The notes beneath the pieces were generated by a model. The model was not told the origin of the DNA and did no database searches. It saw only the letters and a list, made by a program, of their open reading frames with translations. From contig NIVC01001888.1 of NCBI GenBank assembly GCA_002269645.1, forward strand, positions 1 through 64,000: a DNA stretch of 64,000 bases. Direction: 5' to 3'. The position numbers were made by a program, and so were the translations under genes. Positions 46,984 to 58,200 of the stretch are shown piece after piece; the stretch's first letter is position 1, and each line of letters starts with the position of its first letter. Origin of the DNA: Macrostomum lignano (Eukaryota).

Positions 46984-49964
46984 ACATAGAAGACACCCGA
47001 AGAGACAGCGGCACCCCAGGACACCCAAGACAGCGGCACCCCAGGACACCCCAAAAGAAGGCCTTTAAAAAATTATGATTTGAGTTGAAAAGTTACTATT
47101 ACTGTTGCCTTATTGTTACATACTACGCGAATCGAACTAAGGACGTCGGATGCGCTCATTTTTGTTTACAAAAAATGTACAAAGTACTTGTAATCCTCAA
47201 TTGCATCGCTCACCTTTACTCCACTGACCCTCCTTGACCCTACTGACCCTCCTTGACTCCACTGACTCCCCTTGACCCTAATGACTCCCCTTGACCCCAC
47301 TGATCCCTTGACCCCACTGACTCCCTTTGACCCCACTGAATCCAATGACTCCCCTTGACCCCACTGACTCCCTTTGACCCCACTGAATCCAATGACTCCC
47401 CTTGACCCCACTGACTCCCTTTGACCCCACTGAATCCCCTTGACCCCACTGATCCCTTGACCCCACTGACTCCCTTTGACCCCACTGAATCCCCTTGACT
47501 CCACTGACTCCCTTTGACCCCACTGAATCCAATGACTCCCCTTGACCCACTGATCTTTTGACCCCTTTGCTTTTGCCTCTCTTCTGAATTGAATTTTCCC
47601 ATCGGCGCATCGCTTAAAATATTTTTGATTGCACATTTAAGGCCAAACTGTTTCCGAATCGCTTCTTACATCTTCGATTTTGCATGAGTTACACAGTTCT
47701 GTAGTTGTCTGTCTGTAATTTTTAAAGCAAATAACCGCAACTTTCTTGCTAAGCTGCATGACTTTAAAAGTATAACAACCAGTAATTTTTGCCCATTTGT
47801 AATTACATTCAGTTAATATAAGTAGGATAAAATAAACTCAATATGCTGCTTTGTACAGACCCTTAGTAAATATTTTCTATGCAATTATCTTTGCTAAATT
47901 TTGTTGAATTCATTAAAAAGATGCAGCGCTTGTTTTAAGACTGAAATTAACGCTAAATAAAGCTTGGGATATTACACGGAGGGATGGGCCTCAGTGGCTG
48001 AGGGTCCGCAAGGACAGACCAAGCGTGAGGTTCAAGGACGCCTGCACTGCCGGCTGTGCTATTTTTAGAATCAGTCGAGTTGAGACTCCACAGGTGGGTC
48101 TGCGGCGGTTGCTAAGGGCAGCTCTAGGTTTTCGAACCGGTTTGAAGGCTCGACTTCCAGGTGGACTTAAAGGTTGAGGGCAGCGGGGTTGAGAGGCCGC
48201 AGGCTGGCTGCAGCTGGAGACGACTCTCCGTTGCCAAGCGGTTTCCAAGCGGGAATTCGCGGTCGCCTCTTGGCCAGCCCAGGTGGCTGCGGTTGCTGGA
48301 GCGACTCGAGCGATCTGGGAGTTGCCATGCCGGCCTGAGGAGCTGTGAGATTTGAACTGGGTGAGGGCAGCTGAGGGAGAGAAGTGAAAGTTCGAGGTTT
48401 TGTGTTGCATGGGGAGGGAGAGGGAGAGGGAGAGGGTGAGGGAGAAGGAGAGAGAGGGAGAGGGAGAGGGAGAGGGAGAGGGTGAGGGAGAAGGAGAGAG
48501 AGGGAGAGGGAGAGGGAGAGGGTGAGGGAGAGGGAGAGGGAGAAGGAGAGGGAGAGGGAGAGGGAGAGGGAGAGGGAGAGGGAGAGGGAGAGGGAGAGGG
48601 TGAGGGAGAAGGAGAGAGAGGGAGAGGTAGAGATAGGTAGAGAGGAGCCAGAATAGGCTTTTCGGTTTCTTTACATTTTCAAGTGAAGATCGCTGGCGTT
48701 GTTAACACCAGGTGGGATTCCATGATCTGAGCCGGGGACTCCTAAAAATAGCTCAGGTGCAAAATAGCATGGCGCTAGCTCTAGAAGTCCTTGTCTGAGC
48801 TTTACTATTTCATTTGAAGGTGAGTGAGAGGGAAGTCAGAGTGTTAGAATTCAGAAGCGGAGCCAAAATCTCATTCCCATTGTCCCTCTCCATGGGTTGT
48901 CCTGTCCAATTCCTTGCCTTGCTTCAACTTGCTTCGCGACACCCGAAGATCTGACAGTGAAATGATTTATTTTCCTCTGCATTTCTCAGGTTCTCGCATC
49001 AGCTGTAAGGTCAATATGAGAGCGGCGGATTGGCAGAGGGGCGGATTGGCAGAGGGGCGGATTGGCAGAGGGGCGGATTGGCAGAGGGGGCGGATTGGAT
49101 GAAGGGGCGGATTGGATGAAGGGGCGGATTGGCAGAGGGGGCGGATTGGATGAAGGGGCGGATTGGCAGAGGGGGCGGATTGGATGAAGGCGCGGATTGG
49201 CAGAGGGGCGGATTGGCAGGGGGCGGATTGGCAGAGGGGCGGATTGGCAGAGGGGCGGATTGGCAGAGGGGGCGGATTGGCAAAGGGGGCGGATTGGATG
49301 AAGGGGCGGATTGGCAGAGGGGCGGATTGGATGAAGGGGCGTATTGGCAGGGGGCGGATTGGCAGAGGGGCAGATTGTCAAAATCGGTGGCAGCAAACGA
49401 AAGTTCTGCCAATCTGTGTGACAAGCTGCTCTGCATGTCTGAAACCTGCTGTAACTGAGACTGAACTGGTAGACAAGTTGCTAAAAATGAGGAAAAGAAA
49501 GCTAAGAGTCCACACACGCAGCTCGTGCGGGATGTGAGCTGCTGTTTGTCAAAGCGGCTGCCCACCTGTGATTTATGGCCCCGCAACTCGCTACTGAGCG
49601 CTTTGAGTTTTGCCGCAGCGCTGCCGCCATTGGCTGAGGCCTCGAGAGCTGCGGTGGGGAATCTCGGGGAGGATCTGAGTTCACTCCACGAACCGGTTGC
49701 GTCCCTGCGCCGTCTGTAAGTCTGGCGGGCCTTCCCGAGCTGTCACATTAAAAATATCCCTATGCATGTTTGCTATAAATTGTTTTAAACTGCAAATCGC
49801 CGCAGAAATTGCTTAAAATCCAAAACCGGTGTCAAGAGAGGAACTATGTAGAAGAAAATGGAGCTGAATTTAGTAACAGTCGAAAAAGATTTCACAGGTG
49901 GGTCAGCGTTTGTTGCTAAGTGTAGCACTGGGGTTTTGAGGACCAAAGCAAGAGGGAAGCAGAG

Positions 49965-50280
49965 AGAGGTGTATGAGACTGAGACAGGTGAGATAAGACT
50001 GAGAGAGGTGAGATGAGACTGAGAGAGGTGAGATGAGAGACTGAGAGAGATGAGATGAGACTGAGATGAGACTGAGAGAGGTGAGATGAGAGACTGAGAG
50101 AGATGAGATGAGACTGAGATGAGACTGAGATAGGTGAGATGAGACTGAGAGAGATGAGATGAGACTGAGATGAGACTGAGATAGGTGAGATGAGACTGAG
50201 ATAGGTAAGTTGAGGCTGAGAGAGGTGAGATGAGACTAAGACGGGTAAGTTGAGGCTGAGAGAGGTGAGATGAGACTAGG
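49965..50280. repeat. GAGAT/GAGAC-based 15-20-bp minisatellite
   Basis: Direct reading. Confidence 0.85.
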
Positions 50281-50667
50281 AAAAGTTAAATAAGATGAGG
50301 TTCAGAAGCGAGAGTTGGTATTAAGTGCCCAGCAAGCCGGTGCCCATTATCCAGACAAACCAGACCCATAAGTCTTAGAGCGAGTTATGGGACACGCTGT
50401 CTCTGCAAGAATTCGATGTACTTTGGAGTCAAAGCTTGGCATTCATTGGCATGGGTGGTCCAGTTTGATTCTACTGGTACGGAAAGGAAAACTCAAACAG
50501 CATTCATTGTATGTGGCAGTCCTTTAGCTTGACTGGGTGAAATGATTTATGGCCGGCCAATAGATCATTGTGACCTCAGCGGGAAGGACACAAGTCTTTG
50601 TTCTGTGGTTAAGAAAAAATTAGGTTTCCAACACGCATTTCAATCAGTATTAAACATAAGAATGTAA

Positions 50668-51293
50668 AGGAGAGGAGAGGAGAGGAGAGGAGAGGAGAGG
50701 AGAGGAGAGGAGAGGAGAGGAGAGGAGAGGAGAGGAGAGGAGAGGAGAGGAGAGGAGAGGAGAGGAGAGGAGAGGAGAGGAGAGGAGAGGAGAGGAGAGG
50801 AGAGGAGAGGAGAGGAGAGGAGAGGAGAGGAGAGGAGAGGAGAGGAGAGGAGAGGAGAGGAGAGGAGAGGAGAGGAGAGGAGAGGAGAGAGGGAGAGGAG
50901 AGGAGAGGAGAGGAGAGGAGAGGAGAGGAGAGGAGAGGAGAGGAGAGGAGAGGAGAGGAGAGGAGAGGAGAGGAGAGGAGAGGAGAGGAGAGGAGAGGAG
51001 AGGAGAGGAGAGGAGAGGAGAGGAGAGGAGAGGAGAGGAGAGGAGAGGAGAGGAGAGGAGAGGAGAGGAGAGGAGAGGAGAGGAGAGAGAGGAGAGGAGA
51101 GGAGAGAGAGAGGAGAGGAGAGGAGAGGAGAGGAGAGGAGAGGAGAGGAGAGGAGAGGAGAGAGAGGAGAGAGAGGAGAGGAGAGGAGAGGAGAGGAGAG
51201 GAGAGGAGAGGAGAGGAGAGGAGAGGAGAGGAGAGGAGAGGAGAGGAGAGGAGAGGAGAGGAGAGGAGAGGAGAGGAGAGGAGAGGAGAGGAG
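50668..51293. repeat. (GAGAG)n pentanucleotide microsatellite
   Basis: Direct reading. Confidence 0.97.
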
Positions 51294-51574
51294 ATGGATA
51301 GGATAGGAGAGGATATTTCTTAAGCCAGTAAATACTTTGGTGGGGGAGTGAGTTGTGTAGACGGGTTTGGCGGTTGGTTTTGTCATGAAGTAGCACACAT
51401 TAGCTGTTTATGCCCCAGCACTAACATTCAACATGCATTCTACTTGCAGTAGAGCCCTTGGAGATTTTGAATTAAGGAGCTTGCAAAAATCACTTTAATG
51501 CAGCCCTTTCCCCCTTGGCTCGTATCCCCCTAGCCATTATCCGCCATCCGACTCAGGATCCACGTCATTATCGG

Positions 51575-51696
51575 CCCCAGTACCCGCTCCAATATCTACC
51601 CCAGTACCCGCTCCAATATCTACCCCAGTACCCGCTCCAATATCTACCCCAGTACCCGCTCCAATATCTACCCCAGTACCCGCTCCAATATCTACC
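51575..51696. repeat. 24-bp repeat x5 (CCCCAGTACCCGCTCCAATATCTA)
   Basis: Five identical units. Confidence 0.92.
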
Positions 51697-52170
51697 AAGA
51701 TAAAGATAAAATCCAAGATAAAAAATTCCATAGTGACGTATAGGAACAGAATGAGCAACCAACTGTCGGCGCGACCGCTGACTCAACAGTTTTTTGCCAA
51801 CTGGTTATTAGGAGAAGAGGTGACACAAAATCGACGTGGGTCTCCAGTCTCCCATCTCTTCCCGCAGTTGAACTTTGGTGGGTGGGATTCGATCGCTCAT
51901 CTTAGGTGAAATGCAGTAGCTGAACCCCCCCCCCCCCGAGCAACCAATCCTAGGGAGTCTCCTCATCCTTGACTTTCCTGGCTACCCCCCCCCCCCAGCT
52001 CATCGCTAGGGTCCTCATCCTCCTTTCCAGTGAAGCTCAGGTTGAGGGCCCACTAATTAATCCTTGCTTTCTGTGTGCCTAGCGATCGAGTGAAAGTTGA
52101 CAATTTTACTCGCACAGGTGAATGCAGGTGACATAGAAAAACTTATAAAGATACTTTCAAACAAATCCGG

Positions 52171-53100
52171 TATAAACACAAAGCGAGCTCCGAGATAAAC
52201 ACAAAGCGAGCTCCGAGATAAACACAAAGCGAGCTCCGAGATAAACACAAAGCGAGCTCCGAGATAAACACAAGGCGAGCTCCGAGATAAACACAAAGCG
52301 AGCTCCGAGATAAACACAAGGCGAGCTCCGAGATAAACACAAAGCGAGCTCCGAGGTAAACACAAAGCGAGCTCTGAGATAAACACAAAGCGAGCTCCGA
52401 GATAAACACAAAGCGAGCTCCGAGATAAACGCAAAGCGAGCTCCGAGATAAACACAAAGCGAGCTCCGAGGTAAACACAAAGCGAGCTCTGAGATAAACA
52501 CAAAGAGAGCTCCGAGATAAACACAAAGCGAGCTCCGAGATAAACGCAAAGCGAGCTCCGAGATAAACGCAAAGCGAGCTCCGAGATAAACGCAAAGCGA
52601 GCTCCGAGATAAACGCAAAGCGAGCTCTGAGATAAATACAAAGCGAGCTCCGAGATAAACACAAAGCGAGCTCCGAGGTAAACACAAAGAGAGCTCTGAG
52701 ATAAACACAAAGCGAGCTCCGAGATAAACGCAAAGCGAGCTCCGAGATAAACACAAAGCGAGCTCCGAGATAAACACAAAGCGAGCTCCGAGATAAACAC
52801 AAAGTGAGCTCCGAGATAAACACAAAGCGAGCTCCGAGATAAACGCAAAGCGAGCTCCGAGATAAACACAAAGCGAGCTCCGAGATAAACACAAAGCGAG
52901 CTCCGAGATAAACGCAAAGCGAGCTCTGAGATAAACACAAAGCGAGCTCCGAGATAAACACAAAGCGAGCTCCGAGATAAACACAAAGCGAGCTCCGAGA
53001 TAAACACAAAGCGAGCTCCGAGATAAACGCAAAGCGAGCTCCGAGATAAACACAAAGCGAGCTCCGAGATAAACACAAAGCGAGCTTCGAGATAAACGCA
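52171..53100. repeat. 23-bp minisatellite, ~40 units (AAGCGAGCTCCGAGATAAACACA), ending ~80 bp before the sHSP ATG
   Basis: Head-to-tail, no spacers. Confidence 0.95.
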
Positions 53101-53178
53101 TCAAGGCCAAGAACGAGACTAAAAAAGAAAACAAAGACACAAAGAGCCGCAGGAACAAAGACGGCTCCAATCTCCAAG

Positions 53179-53901
53179 ATGGCCTGCAGGCCTACCCGAG
53201 CGTTCGCGAAGCTCCGCGCCGACTGCGTGTACCGCGAGGGCGACGGTCCTCGCCGCGACGAAGTCGGAGTCGGCAGCGGCAGCAGCGGCATCGCCGGCAG
53301 CCGCGTGCGCTGGTCGCGCGAGATTTTTCTGCCCGGCTTCGCGCCGCAGGACATCGCAGTTCGCCGGGTCGACGGGCGGTTCGCGGTCAGCGCCAAGGCC
53401 GTGTCCTCGGTTGACCCGGAGCTCGTCGCACTGATTCGTCGAAGCCTCCAACTGCCCGACGATGTCGATGAGGACAGCCTCGTCTGCTGGCTGGAGGGCG
53501 ACGTTCTTGAACTGCGCGCCGGGTACAGGAGAGCGGCGGCGGCGGCGGCTGCTAGCGACGATGACGGCGAGCCAGCGGGGGCTGAAGCCATCGACGGCCG
53601 ACTTGTCGGCTCCCGCTGGGTGCTCGAACTGCCTCTGCCAGCCGAGTTTCAACCGGCCGACGTGATCGTGACAGTCGACGACGACAGCGGCAACGGTCTG
53701 ACGGTGCTGGCCAGTCGGGGCCGACGAACCAGGCGAGAGTTCGAGAGGCGAGTCCGGGCACCGGCGGGGGTGCCGCTTGACCGATTGGTCTGCCGGCTGC
53801 GGCAGCCCGGCGTCCTGCGGCTGGAGGCGCCGCGCGGTCACGACGGCGAAGATGCCGGAGGCGACGAGGAAGGCGGCGGCGGCAGATGTCGCTGCTGCTG
53901 A
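53179..53901 (+). CDS. Small heat-shock (HSP20) protein with two alpha-crystallin domains, 240 aa, intronless
   Basis: Domain 1: IFLPGFAPQDIAVRRVDGRFAVSAK...IRRSLQLPDDVDEDSLVCWLEGDVLELRA. Domain 2: LELPLPAEFQPADVIVTVDD..GLTVLA...REFERRVRAPAGVPLDRLVCRLRQPGVLRLEAP (F-x-R-x3-LP and L-x2-GVL-x-LEAP signatures). Confidence 0.85.
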   Translation: MACRPTRAFAKLRADCVYREGDGPRRDEVGVGSGSSGIAGSRVRWSREIFLPGFAPQDIAVRRVDGRFAVSAKAVSSVDPELVALIRRSLQLPDDVDEDSLVCWLEGDVLELRAGYRRAAAAAAASDDDGEPAGAEAIDGRLVGSRWVLELPLPAEFQPADVIVTVDDDSGNGLTVLASRGRRTRREFERRVRAPAGVPLDRLVCRLRQPGVLRLEAPRGHDGEDAGGDEEGGGGRCRCC

Positions 53902-54007
53902 GTCGGAGTGTCGATGGCTGCTCTGGATCAGACAAAAGTACACTGCGAACTTGGGCTCGATGGGCGCGCTTTTTTCATCATCTGGTTCTCTTTTAGAGGC
54001 CATCCTC

Positions 54008-54930
54008 CCTCTGATCCTCTTGACAGCATGTCATTCCCCATCTGATCCTCTTGACAGCATGTCATTCCCCATCTGATCCTCTTGACAGCATGTCATTCCC
54101 CATCTGATCCCCTTGACAGCATGTCATTCCCCATCTGATCCCTTTGACAGCATGTCATTCCCCATCTGATCCCCTTGACAGCATGTCATTCCCCATCTGA
54201 TCCCCTTGACAGCATGTCATTCCCCATCTGATCCTCTTGACAGCATGTCATTCCCCATCTGATCCCCTTGACAGCATGTCATTCCCCATCTGATCCTCTT
54301 GACAGCATGTCATTCCCCATCTGATCCTCTTGACAGCATGTCATTCCCCATCTGATCCCCTTGACAGCATGTCATTCCCCATCTGATCCTCTTGACAGCA
54401 TATCATTCCCCATCTGATCCTCTTGACAGCATGTCATTCCCCATCTGATCCCCTTGACAGCATGTAAATCCCCATCTGATCCCATTGACAGCATGTCATT
54501 CCCCATCTGATCCTCTTGACAGCATGTCATTCCCCATCTGATCCCCTTGACAGCATGTAATTCCCCATCTGATCCCCTTGACAGCATGTAATTCCCCATC
54601 TGATCCCCTTGACAGCATGTCATTCCCCATCTGATCCTCTTGACAGCATGTCATTCCCATCTGATCCCCTTGACAGCATGTAATTCCCCATCTGATCCCC
54701 TTGACAGCATGTCATTCCCCATCTGATCCCCTTGAAAGCATGTCATTCGATCTGATCCTCTTGACAGCATGTCATTCCCCATCTGATCCCCTTGACAGCA
54801 TGTAATTCCCTATCTGATCCCCTTGACAGCATGTCATTCCCCATCTGATCCCCTTGACAGCATGTCATTCCCCATCTGATCCTCTTGACAGCATGTCATT
54901 CCCCGTCTGATCCCTTTGACAGCATGTAAT
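54008..54930. repeat. 31-bp minisatellite, ~30 units (CTGATCCTCTTGACAGCATGTCATTCCCCAT)
   Basis: Direct reading. Confidence 0.95.
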
Positions 54931-55299
54931 TCTCCCCTTTGATTAAACTTAACACTGAGTAGCAAATGCTGATATTTCTACTTACAAGTAGACAAAGTGG
55001 CGTATTCTAAAATATAAACATTATAAAAAACTTTATGAAAGAGAACTACCGAACCTTAGAACAACGGTATGATGATTAATAGATGTTTATTGTGCTGTTC
55101 AAATCGATAATTGCGTTGAAAAAAGGTAAATTTGATTCAATATGAATGATTCCATGAATAGTAGGTACAATATTGTCGCGTACAAGTACATGTAAGGACT
55201 CACAATCACAAAAGAAGAAATCGAAGCAGAAAAAGAGAAACAAAAGAAATCGCAACAATGATTGGAGAGAATTACAAAATGACTTTTTCATCTTGTTAA

Positions 55300-58200
55300 T
55301 TAGTTATTTTGAAGGCAATTTCTGACGTTCGACATTGCCGGACAATGGAATGACCGATGGAACAGTCTGCTGTGCTGCAGGGCCAGATGAACTCTGTAAT
55401 TTGTAATGATATGAGAAATTCTCAATGCTAACTCAGTCACAGAGTTCTACACTTCTACACTCGTATGGGTCACTGCTATTCCCAGTGGGTCACTGCTATC
55501 CCCAGTGTGTCACTGCTTTTCCCAGTGGGTCACTGCTATCCCCAGTGTGTCACTGCTATCCCCAGTGGGTCACTGCTATCCCCAGTGGGTCACTGCTACT
55601 CCCAGTGGGTCACTGCTACTCCCAGTGGGTCACTGCTACTCCCAGTGGGTCACTGCTATCCCCAGTGGGTCACTGCTATCCCCAGTGGGTCACTGCTACT
55701 CCCAGTGGGTCATTGCTACTCCCAGTGGGTCACTGCTACTCCCAGTGGGTCACTGCTACTCCCAGTGGGTCACTGCTACTCCCAGTGGGTCATTGCTACT
55801 CCCAGTGGGTCACTGCTATGATGAGACCCTAGATTGGATCGCACACCCAGAATGAACCGGTTAAACTCACTGACCAGCAGATTAAGTACGGGGAAATGCG
55901 AGACAAACAGGCGATTGATGCATTATTGATGCTGCCCGATTGTCCCATGTTTTAAAAGCAAAGCAGAGCAGACACATGTAGTATCTGTCACCGTCTGACA
56001 GGTACCTTCCACCGTCTGACAGGTACCTTCCACCATCTGACAGGTACCTTCCACCGTCTGACAGGTACCTTATACCATCTGACAGGTACCTTCCACCGTT
56101 TGACAGGTACCTTCCACGGTCTGACAGGTACCTATCACCGTCTGACAGATACCTATCAACATCTGACAGGTACCTTTCATCGTCTGATAGGTACCTTCCA
56201 TCGTCTGACAGATACCTTCCATCGTCTGACAGATACCTTCCATCGTCTGACAGGTACCTTCCATCGTCTGACAGATACCTTCCATCGTCTGACAGGTACC
56301 TCCTACCATCTGACAGGTACCTCTTACCGTCTGACAGGTACATATTACCGTCTGACAGGTGCCTCCAACCGTCTGACAGGTACCTCCAACCGTCTGACAG
56401 GTACCTCCAACCGTCTGACAGGTACCTCCAACCGTCTGACAGGGTATATACCATTAAGTCCCATGCGACCTGGCAATCCTCTTATTTAAAAGTGGCATCA
56501 ATAACATATAGAAAGATTCTTCTGTTCTTCTAAAAGCAGGCAAAACTAGCCTGATTGGCAAGCAATGGGCTCACCTGTTCCGCAGATTCAGATATTTGTG
56601 CGCCCGCAGCTCCAGCAGGGCCGGCCTCTCAACCCCGCAGTGGGCCTGACAACAATAGTTTTTTATTGGAGAATTTATTGCTTTGTTTGGCGATAAATTT
56701 TTTTATTAAACAGAAATCATTTTCGTTTGAGCAGAATTTATGAAGCTGGCTCAGTCAGCTGACTGCAGCCAGAGGGAGGCTGTGAAATCTTCCAAGTTTG
56801 GGAACTTTTCAGCTCTCATAACCATCCAGCTGTACAAATATTTCTCACAGCTCGATATTGCACAGTCTGACAGACTCCTCAAACTATTTGACAGACTCAT
56901 CAAACTGTCTGACAGACTCCATCAAACTATCTGACAGAGTCATCAAACAGTCTGACAGACTCCTCAAACTATTTGACAGACTCATCAAACTGTCTGACAG
57001 ACTCCATCAAACTATCTGATAGACTCATCAAAATATCTGGCAGACTCATCAAAGTATCTGACAGACTCATCAAAATATCTGATAGACTCATCAAAATATC
57101 TGACAGACTCATCAAAATATCTGACAGACTCATCAAACTATCTGACAGACTCCATCAAAATATCTGACAGACTCCATCAAAGTATCTGACAGACTCCATC
57201 AAAATATCTGACAGACTCAAGTTGCCCAATCTGACAGGCCAGCTAGACAAAGAAAGCAATGAGAGACCAACTCACCTGAGCAAATGCTAAGAACAGGGCC
57301 TGTGTGGGTGAGTAGCCCACCGTAGGCAGGCTGAGTTGCCGCCCCGAGTCCGCCGAGTGCAGCCTGTAGGCCTCCGCTGCCACCTGCAGTCCAAGGATGG
57401 ACGCGGCGGCGGAATTCACCGGGGCCCTGCGGCTTTCGGTCTGACCGGGGAGCAGCTGCGGAAATGGTTGAATTGAAATGATCGAGTGACATTGGGTAAT
57501 GGGACATTTGCATAGAGTGACATTTGCATAGAGTGACATTGCATAGAGTGACATTGCATAGAGTGACATTGCATAGAGTGACATTGCATAGAGTGACATT
57601 GGAAAGAGTGACATTGGGTAATGGGACATTTGCATAGAGTGACATTGCATAGAGTGACATTGCATAGAGTGACATTGCATAGAGTGACATTGCATAGAAT
57701 GACATTGGAAAGAGTGACATTGGGTAATGGGACATTTGCATAGAGTGACATTGCATAGAGTAAGAGTAAGAGTAAGAGTGGAGTAAGAGTGACATTGCAT
57801 AGAGTGACATTGCATAGAGTGACATTGGAAAGAGTGACATTGGGTAATGGGACATTTGCATAGAGTGACATTGCATAGAGTGACATTGGAAAGAGTGACA
57901 TTGGATGGAGGGATATTGAATGGAGTGACATTGGATGGAGTGACATTTGCATAGAGTGACATTGCATAGAGTGACATTGGATGGAGTGAAATTGGATGAA
58001 GTGACATTAAATGGAGTGAAATTGGATGGAGTTAGATTGGATGGAGTGACTTTGCATTGATTGACATTGGATAGAGTGACATTGGATAGAGTGACAGGGG
58101 ATAGAGTGACAGGGGATGGAGTGACATTGAAAATAGAGTGACATAGAATAGAGCGACATTTGATGAAGTGACGTTTGATAGAGTGACATTGAACAGAGTG

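Larger units (their letters stand above)
41955..49754 (-). repeat. Arm 2 of the inverted segmental duplication
   Basis: Reverse complement of 25650-36305, minus two deletions (equivalent to ~32373-33432 and ~34279-35095) and with different array lengths. Confidence 0.93.

Noticed and set aside
47176-47183. TGTACAAA in the TZF-2 3' region as a Pumilio element
   Set aside because: It does not match UGUAHAUA and differs in the arm-1 copy (TGTACCAA).
51537-51758. Repeat frame VDIGAGTG x5 resembling SAM-methyltransferase motif I
   Set aside because: No other methyltransferase motifs flank it, and a tandemly repeated motif I makes no structural sense; treated as coincidence.
52171-54930. 23-bp and 31-bp regular arrays as CRISPR arrays
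   Set aside because: Units are head-to-tail with no unique spacers, there are no cas genes, and the context is eukaryotic.
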